64,000 nucleotides of DNA from Vicugna vicugna (lineage: Eukaryota), in contig MU058584.1 in assembly GCA_013265495.1 (NCBI GenBank), forward strand, positions 685,235 through 749,234, read 5' to 3'. Shown here one piece after another: positions 49,951 through 64,000 of this stretch. Position numbers and translations under genes: made by a program. Within the stretch, counting starts at the first letter, position 1; the number at the start of each line of letters is the position of its first letter. The notes beneath the pieces are model-generated. The model was not told the DNA's origin, searched no databases, and saw only the letters and a program-made list of their open reading frames with translations.

Positions 49951-51638
49951 GGGGTAGTGTCTGGAATAAGGTTTGTCAAGCAGTTGGCAGCGGGGCCTCA
50001 CCTGGACTTGGGATGGGGGCCTTGAGGTTCTCTGGCTAGGGCCTTGCGGACAGTTATGCCAAGCTCCGGGGTCCTGCAGTGGGGACAAGTGGTCGTTGGA
50101 ACTGTCCAGTGGGAGCGAGTTGGGGTACCTTGAGTATAGGAGGAAAAGAATCTGAAAGCGTTGACGTGAAGGATTGAAGGTATCTGTGGGGACGTGAGGG
50201 TGGGACAAAACCTACTAGCCACTTTGTTTTCTTTTGTCTTGTTTTAATACTGGTAGTGGGAGAGGATTGAAATTTTTGAGTTACCCCTGGCGTGGCCAAG
50301 CAGAAGGATGGAATTGGAGGGTTGAGAGCACACATGTGCTGAACATATGGTTTCCTGAAGATTTTATTAAGTTTGGCCTGACGCTATGCTATATTTATTT
50401 GTATTTGGCTTACGAAATCTGAAATCAAGTAATAATGATTATGGTAATATAGATATGTCATTATGTAGTGCCCTTAGTTTAAGGACTTTCAGGTGAAATT
50501 CTGTAGGTGTGGACCAAAGGCTTTGTAGGGAACTGAAGGCAGTTTCAATTCCTTCACTATCAAGGAGTTGGCTCACTTAGCTGAGGCTAAAAAAGACTTC
50601 ATAGGCTATGGTCGTGAAGCATTTATAGGATTCAATGGTTATGGCTCATCCTCAAGACTATTTTTCAAAAGCTCTAAGAGGTTTGCTTATCAATTTGGTG
50701 GGCATCATATAGCAGCAGAGATAGGAGCAGGAAGGAAGCCAGGAAAGGAGGGGGAAATACTGGATTTCTTTTATACTGGAATTTAAATTCTAATAAAGAT
50801 ATATTTAACTATTGGACTGTTGACTGTTGGCGGACTATTACCAAATATGTCGTTATTTTTGACACAGATGCATTAGGCTATGGGCGTATACCAAGTTTTG
50901 CCATAATTTCTAGAGATCTTCAACTTTTTCACACATTGATTGCCAAAATAAAAATCCTAGTCTAATTGTCTTACTCGCTACTGCTTACCATTCTGCATAC
51001 ATACACACATCTTACCAGAAGTAATGGGGAAAATAGTCCTATTTTTGTGGCACAGAGGTAGTTATATCTAGTTCAACGCGTAAAGTTCCTCTTCTCCATG
51101 TCCCGTACATTTTCTTCCTTTCTCCGTTCTGTTGGCTTATGAACTTATTTTTGCAAAATGAATCTGTTACCAGCGCATCAGTTGTGTCTGTATTTCTGAA
51201 TAAAGGAAGTACAAATTGCGTGTTTCTCTGTCTTTCTCTTGCCACCCCTATCTTTTACACACATGCACACAAATGTGCACGGAGATAACAGAGTCTTCTT
51301 TCTTCTGGGAAGCAGTATAGCATGGAGGTTAACAGCATGAATTTGGGAGCCAGGCTATCGGGGTTTGAATCCTAGCTCTATCACTTTACTAGTTTTGGAC
51401 CTTGGACAAGTTATCTTTGTGGCTCAATTTCTTCCTCTCTAAAGTAATTCCAATAACAGTGCCTTAAGAGTTGTTTTGAGGATTAAATGAACAGCTATCT
51501 TTAAAGCAATTAGAATAGCGCAGCCATGTGATGTTAGTGTTAGTGGTCATTGCCATCTCAGGGAAACCCAGATGCAGGTTCTCTTAACCTAAGTTTGTTA
51601 ATGGTGGTTGATGTTTTAATAGTCCTGATGAGGTAGGT

Positions 51639-51745
51639 ATTATTATTATCATTTTTGGGGTCGGGGGAGGATAGAAAAGAACAGCTTTATTGCTTTGCCA
51701 GGCAAAGGGGGTCACAGCTGGCTAGTGCCTTAAAGACTGAGCCCC
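51639..51745 (-). mobile_element. Short ERV-LTR-derived insertion within a MIR
   Basis: gcctggcaaagcAATAAAgctgttc on the minus strand, flanked by direct repeat gaggtaggt (51630-51638, 51746-51754). Confidence 0.55.
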
Positions 51746-53262
51746 GAGGTAGGTGGTAGTATTAATCCCATTTTATAGGTGGGGAAACTGAAGCACAGGG
51801 CAATTAAGTAGTTCTGCTGAACCCTGGAATTTAGCTCTGAACTACCTAGTACATTACGTTCCACTGTTCTTATGGTAGGAGAAGATAGTTGGCAGTTTCT
51901 TTGCTACCTGCTTTTCCTGTTCCCTTTATGTCTAAGCTATGTTACAACGCAGGCAGGAATGATTCTTTACAGTGTCCCTCAAATTTATCCATTTCACTCT
52001 TGTTTCCACTGCAACAAATCGGGTTCAGACCTTTGGTTTTTCACAGCTGTAGTTGTCTTTTACGTTGCTTTCCCGCTGCTAGTTGTCCCCTCCTTACAAC
52101 CTGTTTTGTGCCATCACTCCTTTTGCTCATCTCTCTAAAGCGAGGCGGAACTACCCCATTGAATAGTCTCTGTTGGCTTCCTGTTACTTCTGTTAGGTCT
52201 AAATTCCTTTGCTTTGTTTTCAAGGCTCTTCATGGTTTAGCCCAGCCCTACATCGTTTCCCATCCTTCTACATAAAACTTTCTTACGACTCTCCATCCCG
52301 TCCATCCCGTACATGTTTACCTCTCGTGGCCACCAGGGTCTTCTTGTGTCCTAATCTTATCTACATAATTTGCTCAACCCTTGAGCCACAGCTAGGTCAT
52401 AAACTTCCTTTGTGAACTCTTCCTAGACAACACCTTTCTTCTCTTGCATTTATCTGTATTAGGGAATAGATTAAATGTTTCCTCATTCTCTTATTTTTTT
52501 TTTATTACTGTGCAGCTTAACATTTTGCTGTATTATCATGGAATGCTGTTAAAAAGCATTGTCTTATCCACTGATTACTATGTGTGCATTGCTTGGGTTT
52601 AATTCTTAGTAAAGACAGTGGGCATATTTTATTGCTTCTTTGCAGAAGTTGCTGTTGAAATAAAGTGTATTTTTTATGATTACAGGTGAACCTGTATTGT
52701 GGATTTTGTTGTACTCTGAATTCTTTCTGTCTTTAGAGGTAAAGGAGAAAGGTTAGAATATTAAGCAGCCGAATGGTCTTTCAGTAGTAGCTTAGTGGTC
52801 AGAGGAGGGGTACAGGAGCAACTAAGTCTGGTAGTTAGGGTGTGAGCCCTGGAATCAGACCGCCTGCATTCACATCCCAGCTCCGCCAGCTGGCCCGGTT
52901 GCTTCCCTAACTGTGCCTCAGTCTCCTCTACTGTAAAGCGACGATGGTCGTATTTATGTAGTAGAATTGTTGAAAATTAAATGAGACCATGTAGGTTAAG
53001 TACTTGGTGCGGTGCCTGGTATATAATGCTAATTAGCATCATCTTACAAGTTTGATCTCTTACAAGTATCATGATGGGAAGTCAGAGAATATCCTTAACA
53101 TCAAGTTTTTTTTTTAATGTACTTATTTTTAACAGGAAAAAAATCTCAGGTTCTCAGGTTTTGAGGTTGAAATTAGACCTGCTGTTGATTCCTTTTCTCT
53201 TTTAGGTTTACAGGTACGGAAGTTACACCCCTGTTTTCACAAACCTTGGCTACTGGAGCATT

Positions 53263-53542
53263 ATGAATGTTAATGACCTCAAACTCAGGTTGTCCAAAGC
53301 TGGGCAAGAGCACCTGCTACACTTCTGGAATGAGCTGGAAGATGCCCAACAGGTAGAACTTTATGCGGAGCTCCAGGCCATGAACTTTGAGGAGCTGAAC
53401 TTCTTTTTCCAAAAGGCCATCGAAGGATTTAACCAGTCTTCTCAGCAAGAAAGGGTGGATGCACGGATGGAACCTGTCCCTCGAGAGGTGTTGGGCAGTG
53501 CTACCCGGGATCAGGATCAGCTACAGACCTGGGAAAGTGAAG
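53263..53542 (+). CDS. UAP1: UDP-N-acetylhexosamine pyrophosphorylase, exon 2 coding part (exon starts 53206)
   Basis: MNVNDLKLRLSKAGQEHLLHFWNEL...WESE; acceptor tttag|GTTTAC, donor G|gtactg; 280 nt. Confidence 0.97.
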
Positions 53543-56500
53543 GTACTGAGCATGGGAAGATTTGTCCTCCAGTTAATTAGGAGAGATACTAAAACCGTTC
53601 AAGTAACTGCATCGTGTCATTAATATTTTGACTCCCATTCAACTGTAAACCAGGTGACTGATCTGAGAGTGACAGATTGTGGGCCCAAGACGCTGGGGTG
53701 GCTCCCATAACCAGTCCTTCTTTTCACTTCTGGTGCCTGATTCACGGCTCTTCTCATTCAAGTCATAGTTTGCCCCTTGTCTCTTTCCTTGCTCAATTTC
53801 CACGTTTTATTAGAGTTCCCTTCCTGAAGCACAAGCGAAATGTTTCAGTTTATGCTGGCTTCTGTAAAAGCCTGTATTTCCAGTCTTTTTCTTCTATTTC
53901 TCTCCACTCCTGCCCCACACCTTTCAGCTAGACCACATAACTCACCTTTCTTTGAACACAGTAAATACGTTACGCCTTTCCTGCCTTTGCTCGTGCTCTT
54001 CCTCAGTGGACTCTGGCCTTTGCCCCTTCTCTGTATAGCCGGGTCACCTTGTGAGGCCGTGCGCTGGGTCGTGCAGTGCTGTGGCTCTGCCGCTTGGGGA
54101 ACTTACCCTCATTCTCTGAGGTTCACCACACACACTGTTTAGTCCATCTCCTTTTTTTCATTGTCCCAAGTTGGAGTCTTTGTCCACACTTTTGTTTCAT
54201 TCTTCTTATGAAAAGAGTTGTCTATGTCTGTCTTCATCATTACATCGTGAGCTCTTACAGAGCAGCCCGTGTCCTCAGAACCTGGGTGTCGCGCAGCATT
54301 TAGAACAGGGTTCTGCAGTTGGTCGGTAAATGTTTGTTGAATTGCCTCGAAGCTTTTTCCTCTAAAGCATATCATAAAATCTGCCCCCATAACTAGTGCT
54401 CATGAGTGTTTTTGAGAATGGCCAAATAGCGAAAATGCAGCTTTTCTGGTGGGGTTAAGAGCTGTGGTTTTTATAATCTACTACTCTGTAAGTAAAAGTG
54501 ACTAAATATTGCGGCACATGCTCCTTGTCAAATCTGGACCTCCTTTCCTCAGCTGTAGAATGAACAGATTGGACTGATACTTTCTTTCTTTTTTTAAAAA
54601 AATTACTTTATTGCAAAATAATATCAAAGTAACAGAAATACTATAGAGGGATAGTTCATAACCTCATCAAATCTGTGTTTTTATTTGCCCACACTGCCAC
54701 CTAGTACTTGATTGTATGCATGTTTACTTTTACAGATTTGCATAGGGTTACAGTTGTAATTTGTGGTCTATTTGCACCACACTATGGCTATTTTTATTTT
54801 GTCTTTGGCTCTGCGGCACTCCCTGCACCCCACAAAAAAAGAAACATTACTGCCATTACCAGCCCTCTTCTCTGCCATGGTCCCCGTATCTTTCTCTGGG
54901 CTTGCAGATTTACTGACCTCCAAACTGTGTTCCAGAGACCTCTAGGGTTTCGGCTGCTGGTGAAACTGTCTGACGTAGGGCGGGGGGAACGGACACTAAA
55001 CAGGCAGGTCTTCAGTGACCCTTCATCTTCCCACTCTGGGAGCAGTTCTGCTCTGACCTGTTTTATGTATCTGACACACAAATAAATAAACCTCTGACAT
55101 GTGGTGTCATTTAAAAGGGGCTGGAGATTAAAAACACTGAAAATAATTAGATGATCTTCAAGGAAGGCCCTTTTCGATTCAAAATGCTTGGTAGTAGCTA
55201 ACCTGGCTTCTCAGTTAGAGTAGGGCTCTGCCCCTAAGATGGGAGAGAGTGACTTCGAGAAGGATCCTTCTGAGTGGAGAGCTAGAGTGATACTATGACC
55301 CCGACTAACTTTGGATTCATGAATCCTTCCCTCCTTCCCTGGGTTTCCAAAAAAAGGCTATGACTCCAGACCCAAAGCCACCACACAGGCCTCTTCTTAC
55401 CCTCTGGTATCCCAGCTGCCTCTATTTCTCCTTGTGATTTTATGAGAATAAAGTCTTAAAACTAACTCTTATGGAAAGCCAAAGCTTTGACTTTATAAAT
55501 GGGGACCATGAGCAACAGTCAAGGCTTCCTATAATTCAGGTCTTCCTTATGCCCTTTTTGTTGGAATCTGTGGAACTAGTCCACATTTATGACTTCGTTT
55601 AAATTAAAATCCAGAACTATTACAAGCAAGTCTAGTATAAGAAGGTGCAAAGCAAACTTCCTTTTGGCTCGTCATGCAGGGAACAATATTTATTTGTGGC
55701 TTAAACAGTAAGGGTGGAGGAGGAGACTTTGTAACTGACATTGTATACTTTTCACTTAGCTGGAAACTGCCACGTGTGGGCAAATACGTAACAAAATGTA
55801 GTTTCTGAAGTAAGTCATCAAAGGAAAGAAATTGCATTGCAAAGATCGTGATGCTGTATTTCAGAGAGTAGATCCTGGTAATTGAATCAAAGGCAGCCCC
55901 TCACCCACCCCGACACCACCCCAGGACAGGGGAAATAGAAGCGTTGTACCGTAGTTTCAAAGTGTCTGGTGGATACTGACGTTAGATAGTTTAACACCTA
56001 GGGTGGAAAATTATTGACGAAGGCTAAATACATAAGTGATGACTGTGCTCTTTGTGGAGGGGGAGCTTGTTTTAATTTAATTATAAGTGTTCTGGCCAGT
56101 TGTAGAAAATGGGATGTGGAAGAAGAACTGAAGAACTGAAGAAAAATGATCTGTCTTACAAAACTGAGGTCGTGAAAGGGGAGTAATTCAGAAGCTTTGA
56201 TGAGAATACAATTTTGGTAAAGATACTCACACTGGGAAAATACATTAGCTTAATAAAAAAAATCCCATTCTTTATAAAAGAAGTGCATGCTTAAATTGAA
56301 CACAACAATCTTCTATTTTGTAATAACAAATTAGTATTCAGTATTAGCCTTTTTTTTTTTTTTTTTGCCTGTGGTCTCATTTTAAAAAATAATCTTAATG
56401 GTGCTGCTCTACTATATAGCATTGTGGTAGAAAAGTAAATGGGTTATAACATTATCTCCTCTACATTTTCTGAAATCTAGTGGAGTGATATTTCTAAATA

Positions 56501-59500
56501 GATATGTTTTATTTTAAAAGTAACAGATGCTTGTTTTAGAAATTGGAAAATACTAAAAATTATAAAAGGAAAAATATAAATCTCTGCTATCTCACAAACC
56601 AGAGATAAATAATCACTAGTAATATTTTATAGTATTTTCTTACATACGCACATTGGAATTATCATTTATGTGTAATTTTTAGCCTGCTTGAGAATTTGTT
56701 ATTATGAAAAATTTCAAGCATGTTTGGAAACAGATATTTGGAGACAAAAATAGTATAATGAACTCCCACATACGCATCACCTTAATGAAATAATTACCAA
56801 ATTTTGCTTCACCTATCCTTCTTTTTCTTTTATTTTTCTCTCCTGTAGTATTTTAAGGTGAATCTCAAACATCATGTTACTTTTACCCTCCTAAAGTTCA
56901 GTATGCATGTCTAAGTGTAAGGACGTTCTGTTACTAACCACAATACCATTGTCACACCTAATGCAGTTCCCAATAATCCTCTATATCTAACACCTGTTTA
57001 AATAGAAATTTCTCTTATTAGTCTGCTTTTTGTGCTTAATGTTTTGGGGAAATAATTAATCTATCAAATAAATAATAGTTTCACCTATAAAATGTGATTA
57101 AAAATTAAACGCTTGAAATACCCCCTTCTAACTTTCCTGAGTAGTCTTCCTCTATTTCCACTAGTTGAACAGCCTGCTTTACCCCACTCCTGGCCGTGGA
57201 GTGCTGGCGATTCAGATGGAAAGTTCTGGCAGTGCTCTGCTTCCAAAGCACCTATGCCATCCTGCTTGTTTCAGGCATGTGCCCAGGTCAGAGTACGTAT
57301 GAGAGGAACTAGTCCAAGCAGGAAGCTATCCAGGAAGCAGCTGATCCGTGAGAGGCCACGACTCTCCAAGGAGAGAGATGTACCAGCCCTGGAAACAGCT
57401 TGATTTGTTTTTTTTTTTAAACCTCTGATTTTGTGTGTGTCAGGTCTTGACCTTTGTAGGAAAGTTATTAACTCTTGTGTCCTATAGTGAAAAGACAGAA
57501 AGGATGGTATAGTGGTGTACTTTTCACGATTTTTTTTTCATGTTTCTGCAGAAGTTTTGGGATAGACGTTAGTGAATTCCTAATTGTCATGTGGATTAAG
57601 TACTTTCTAATCACTTAACGTTTTCCAGATAGGTGTAGTGCTGCCTGAATAAAATTTATGTTATGGCAAATACAGTTTGGTATCATGTATTGTTACTGTG
57701 TAACTAAAAGGCTTACTGACTTTTATTGGCTCACTTAATTTCTAGCAGTATTTTCTCTGTCCTTACAAGACAGATACTAATTTATGTGTTAGATACTTTC
57801 AATAAATATTGCAGTTTTATTGAAATAACACAGATGAAGTGGATGAAAACTTTAGCCAGTGTACACACGGTCTGATATTGGTAACGACAGCTGTAGCTGC
57901 GTTTGGTTCTTGAATTGCAGCTGGCTTTAATACTCCAGGGACTGCTTTCTTTCCTCTTGTTTTCCCCTCTCTGCTCGTAAGTGAAATGCATAAGCAGGAA
58001 GAAGTTAATGCAGAAACCCTTTAATCACAAATATTTACAGATGGTGTTATAATTCACTGAAATAGTTGTGGCTAGGTGGAGATGAGCTGTAAATGCAGGT
58101 CTGGCTGGAAACGTGCACCTGGCAGGCATGGTGATCGGATGGGTTATCAGGTCCATAGATGGAAAGAAGAATTGGAGAAAGTGTGGCAGACAGCAGCTTA
58201 GGAAACAAACGCGTGCCATTTATTTGAATAAAGAATTAAGGCCCTACGAGCTGCTGGTTGGCAAAGCTTTAAAATGGAAAAATTTGGAAATTTGGAATGA
58301 AGTAGTAGTTTAGGAAACTGATCCATGAAAGAGAAGAGATTATATAGTGACATTTAGATAGTTAGTCAGGACCCATGGAAAGTGCTTCTTGGTGTTGGGT
58401 GGCCTTCAGGTGAGCAGGAGCTGAGACATGGAGTTGACTCTTACCTTTACAGGTAAGGCACTAAATAACTTACCTTTGGACTGAAGGTAAAAGTAGGAAG
58501 TCAGGCAGGATGACTAGAGCCACATTAACAGTAAAACAACTCAAGACACATGTGGTCTATGAAGAAAATAAATAGTATGAAAAGAACAAAGACCTCTGTG
58601 TCCAGAATATTTATCTGGGCCTCTTCGGGAATGTGCTTAGAAATATTTTTGATTCTGACACCTTTGGTGGTATGTGAGGGTCTGGACGGGCTGAAGTTAT
58701 TTATCTGCCGTTCTAGAATGGTACAAACTGACCTGAGCAAACATGAGTGTACTGATAAACTTTATCTCATATAATGTGATTATAAGGTACTGTCTCAGAT
58801 CTGCTGGGGTAAAATATAGCATATTGTAGATGTGCTATATTCCTTTTCTAAATTTTGAAGAGTTCTGCATTCTGAAACATATCTGACTCATGGGTTTAGC
58901 TAAGGGGTTGTGGACTGGTATTTTAAAATTATGCTCATTGGGTCAGTGACAGCAGAATTAAATTTATTTCCTAGAAACCATGGTTTCTTTGATAACTCAG
59001 GGAATAACCAAATGTAAAACAGTTTTCAGAACTGCTTTATATGTGGCTCCCTTCTCCCTTCAGATTGCTTCATCTCAGCCAGGCTTTGTTACACGGTGGT
59101 TATGGGGCTTGTTTCAGGGCCACACACAGCTGGAATGCTGTGAGAAACTCAGTGTTCGGCAACTTTTGGAGAATGTGGGCTCTTCCCAACTCGGCAGCTT
59201 TTCCATGTAGGGTGATGGTAAGATAGATGAGAAGAGGCAGCATAGCATTCTTGTGAATTCCAGGGGAAAGAGAAGAAAAGGGCGAGAAGAAAATAGGAAG
59301 GAAAGTTTGCACTCCTAAAAATTATGCTGTTGTACTCTGTCTGTTAACTGTTTAGGTGTGATAAGAGACTGCTGGAGGCAGTGTGGTGCTGGCGAAGACT
59401 CCAGACTCGGATTCTAACCCTGATTCACACTTACTAGCTGTGTGACCTTGGGCAAGGCCCTTAACTCTTCTGAGCCTGTTACTGTCTAAAATGGGGGAAA

Positions 59501-61167
59501 TTTATACCCACCTACCTCTCAGGTTACAGTTACTATTTTGGGGTCTAACATTCCAAATCTGGTGAAGTACAGTGAAATAAGAATGAAGAGAAAATTCTCA
59601 GGTAGCTAAGGTTAGCTTCATAGCAAAGGTAAAAATTGTGGAAATATCTAATACACTTAAATTTTTTTGATTGAAATAGTTGCTAGAGAGTTGCTGCATA
59701 ACATCCTTGGCTATGCGTACTTACTAATGAAGATGGATTGTAGAGTCAGAACTGTCCCAGTCCTGACTCTATAATGGATCGATGTAGCATGTTTAAGTTC
59801 ATGATGTGCTAGTATATTAGCTTTAGGAAAGCCTAGGGTATCAAGAACACATAAAGCACAAAGTTGGTAAATTGCACAAACCCGCATTACCTGAAAGATA
59901 TAAAAAATAATAATGATTGTTACTGGCCACCACTGCCCCCCTGACTTGGCCTATAATTGTGGGTAATGGCCTGCTTCGTTCACAGAATTTCTGAGAATTT
60001 TAATGGATGTGTGAAATTCAGAAAATAGAACAAAACCCATCAACCATTGCTTTGTTTCATCTGACCTTTTACAGCTTTTCTAGCTTCCCAGAAACCCAGT
60101 TTCTATGTTGCCTCTTCCCACAGGCTTCTCTGTCATCTGGTACTGAAACTGTCCACCTTAGAGTGATGACGTATCTCTTGTTAGAAATCATATATAGCAA
60201 GGTTTTTTTTTAATCCAGATTGAGAGCCTCTGTCTTTTAATAACACTTATAGTTTTCATTTGTTTGCATTTGGGTCTTAAATCCATCTAGAATTTATTTT
60301 GATTCAGAGAATGTTTTTATTCAAGCATTATGTTTGATTATTACTTATTGCTGAATATTCAGCTAGTGAAAACTGACAGGCTTCCCAAGAGCAGAAATAA
60401 GTCAGCAACACAAAAACTCTGAGTTTCACATCCTTCTGAGCTGCAGTTGTTTGCCCACTTTAAAAAAATTATTAATTTATTAAACATTTATTAGTAATTA
60501 CATACAATAAAATGCACTAGTTTATGAGTTTTAAACAAATTTATAAACCCATGTAACTACCACTGCAGTCAAGACGTAACATTTCCATCATCCCGCAAAA
60601 TCTCCTAATGTCCTTTTGCAGGCACATCCTCTAAGTTCATTCAGTTGAGTTGGATTTCAAACCCAGGTATCCTGACTTCAGAGCCTGACTTCCTGACCGT
60701 TGTACTACACTGCGTTCCCAGCTCAGAGTTTCTTTTCTTTACATTCCTGGATGGTAGCTTGTCTAAGTCTGTTTGCATGCTCATTGATTAATTATTTATT
60801 GTTGATTGATTGATAGGCTGGAGGTAATTTAATACCATCATCATTCCTCCTGAAACCTAAGGATCTTCATTTATCCTGCCTTTTTCTTGACTTGTCACGT
60901 CTAAAAAGTTGTCAAGTACTTGTAAAACATTTGTAACATCTCTTGGTCTTTGCCTTCCAACCTTAACAGAAAAAAGTTACTAGTTCATTAAAATATTTTA
61001 TGCATTGTTTGGTATTCGGTTGGGTTATATACATTTAATTTTTTAATAAAAATATTTTTATTAAGGAGATCATCTGTGATTACATGTGGATTCCTTGTTC
61101 TTTATGCCTTACGCAGATAGGGTGACTCTCTGCAGCCTCCTTTGTATGTGCAGTCCTGAAGTGCTGA

Positions 61168-61413
<246 letters not shown>

Positions 61414-63460
61414 TAAGATACATGTCATTATGTAAGAGTATCTGAACATACATTCAGAATGCAAATATACTTTATTCATAAGCAGACGTATTTCCTGTTA
61501 CTGCTGATTTCCTTCGGAACTGTAATTGGTTGTATATGTTAAAAGTAATATGTATTATAGCTAGGCAGATGGTCACTCTAGCCTTAATGAGGTGTACATA
61601 TCAACCTTTGCATGCCTGCCTGAGTAGGGTTGTCTCCATCTAGAAACCTCACACTGATCTGTAGCTTGTCTACATATAGGATTTCTGATTGAAAATCAAT
61701 TTCTCTCTAAAATTGGAAGGCATTGCTCTCCTGTTCCAGCATTACTGTTGAAAGGTCCATTGCCATTCTGATTCCCAGTCTTTTTTTTTTTTTTTTTGCC
61801 TCTTTCTCTGGAAGCATTTGGGGTCTCTTCTTATCTTTAGTATCTGAAATTCCGTAATGACGTGATATGGATCTGTTTTCAGTCACTAATCTGGGCACCC
61901 AGTGGGTTCACTCACTCTAGAAACTCACATCCTTAAGTTCGGGGTTATCAAGTCCTCCTGAAATCCTACCCCCCCCCCCACACACACACATACACAAGCT
62001 GAAAGCTCCACTCATTTCTCTGCTGTGGGCCTAACTTGGATTCTCAATCTCTGCTGGTATTCCGTGTCCTCAGGGCCTACCTTGGCCAGTGCTCCTCTTC
62101 TAAACACCGAGCGATTGTGGAAAGTTCTCTGATTTTCAGAAGGTTTTGATTTATCTTTTTCTCAGAGCAGCTTTGGAAGTTAGGCTGTTTTGAGGGGGGA
62201 ACCAGCTGTGTGTTTGAGATTACTCTGAGTCCTAATCTTGTTGTTTTAGCCACAGGTGACCAACAGAAGCTCTGCTGGCTTGGCTTCTCTGTCCACCTGC
62301 CTGGTCCAAGCTCAGATTCCCTTCCACTGGCCTTTACCCTAGATCAGCAGATACCCCAGGAGAAGGCAGCTGCATATCTCAGCTCTCCTTTGAAAGATTC
62401 TCGCTGTCCTTAATTTTAGTTCCAATCTGTGTTGCTTTTGTAGCTCTCAGATGCCTTTAAAAAGGCTTTTTGTAATTTCCTCAGCTTTCATAACTCTTAA
62501 CAGGAGTATTGGCCAGCTGTGAACTAATGTTTTTTCCATCTTGATTCCCTTGGGGATTTTTGAGGGACATCTGTGTTCTAAGTGGCCAACATTCTACTCC
62601 CAGCTTTGGCCTCCCACTATCATGTTGGATTTTCTCCTCTCTCTTCTCACAACTCAGAATGTTTGTCCTTTTCTTACAGAGCAGTTTAGCCACTTCTTTT
62701 GTCATCTAAATCATGATGCCCAAAGTTTTTGTGCCCAAAGTTCAAAATACCCAGGATAATTTGTTAAACAGAGAGATATCTACTGAGGTGGGAAATTATA
62801 TAATTTTCTTCATTTATTCATTTAACAGATATTCACTGAGTGTCTCCTTTTAGGTGCTGGGGATTTATAAGTAACCAAAACAGACCAAAGTCCCTACTTA
62901 CATGTAGTTTACATTCTAGAAAGGGCAAAAGTTATTGCAGTCTCTAATTGTGGTTTTAGATAGATTGTTTTTCGCCTTTGTCACACTGGCATAGGTTAGA
63001 TTTTTGTGACAACAGGGAGTATAATTACACTTTCATGATTTTAAATAAAGGGTGTGAGCAGAGCCCAGATTCCATTTCAAAATTTTAATAAAAAGACATA
63101 AGAGATGATTAAATGTATTGCATTTACCCTTTCCTCCCTATTTATTTAGGAGTTTTAAATTTAGAACACACTTTTCAGAGTTCTGAAATGTTTACTTGAG
63201 CCAGTTATGGGCTCTCTGTTACCGGAGGTATGTTTTAATATAGTTACAGATTTATTTTATACATGAGGATTGATGAAGTTACTAGAAGAAATTCCCGTTG
63301 GGTAGCAGCTAATGCTGCTTTATCCAGGAGAGGGATGAAGTGGAATGAAACAAGAAACAGTGCTCTCAAAGATTTTCTTTAGCTTAGGAAATAGACGAGA
63401 CTTGTTTTGCCCTAATTCACACAACACTGTTGCTTAGAAGATCTGCTTTTCTCTCGCCAG

Positions 63461-63636
63461 GTATATAATGACCAGTGGCAGAACCATGGAATCGACAAAG
63501 GAATTCTTCACAAAGCACAAGTACTTTGGTTTAAAGAAAGAGAATGTCATCTTTTTTCAGCAGGGAATGCTGCCTGCGATGAGTTTTGATGGGAAAATTG
63601 TTTTGGAAGAGAAGAACAAGGTTTCTATGGCTCCAG
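63461..63636 (+). CDS. UAP1: UAP1 exon 4 (gene continues beyond window)
   Basis: ccag|G TAT ATA ATG ACC...CCA G|gtttgt; [38 protein letters not shown]...SMAP; 176 nt. Confidence 0.97.
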
Positions 63637-64000
63637 GTTTGTAACCATGCTTATTTACTGGTGACTAGAATTGGTAGTCACATAACTCATCAAATGCTGA
63701 TTTTCTCTTTAATACAGTGATTTGGATGTTAGAAAATTAATTTTTTTTTTTTTGCTATTTGGCACTGATTTTAAAAAATGGAACTGCCCATTGGTGAAAT
63801 GAATATGGTTTTATGCTTTTGTTGGATATCTGCCCTTTGAGCAGCTTCAGGGTATTTATTCTCTTTACCCAGTATTTTACATACAGTAGTGTTCATAGCT
63901 ACATTATTTATTGCAGTGAAAAATTGGAAATCATCTGCTGTTTAATGAATAAGAGGTTAAAGTATAGGTTACCTATAACATTATTTCTTAAACAGTATTA

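Noticed and set aside
49184..50025. ~200-aa ORFs on both strands in the UAP1 island
   Set aside because: Arg/Gly/Pro-rich artefacts of GC content.

Overview
Mammalian genomic DNA, probably camelid (two copies of a tRNA-derived SINE resemble camelid Vic-1). It contains the complete UHMK1/KIS gene (+ strand, 8 coding exons 4834-21698, 419 aa, ~7 kb 3'UTR to ~28660) and the 5' part of UAP1 (+ strand, non-coding exon 1 in a CpG island at ~49.6 kb, coding exons 2-4 to 63636). The 5' end of a LINE-1 lies at the left edge, and interspersed repeats (L1, L2, MIR, MER, MaLR/ERV LTR) are common. The most notable unexplained signal is between the two genes: about ten minus-strand exon-like blocks (~49134 down to ~32050), several with intact AG/GT splice signals. 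Their stop- and frameshift-riddled translations are collinear with CCDC81 as I recall it. This suggests a dead, intron-containing CCDC81-like paralog head-to-head with UAP1. An inverted 48-64 bp duplicate preserves the pre-insertion state of one of its exons. All homology and repeat-family calls are by eye or from memory and need database confirmation.
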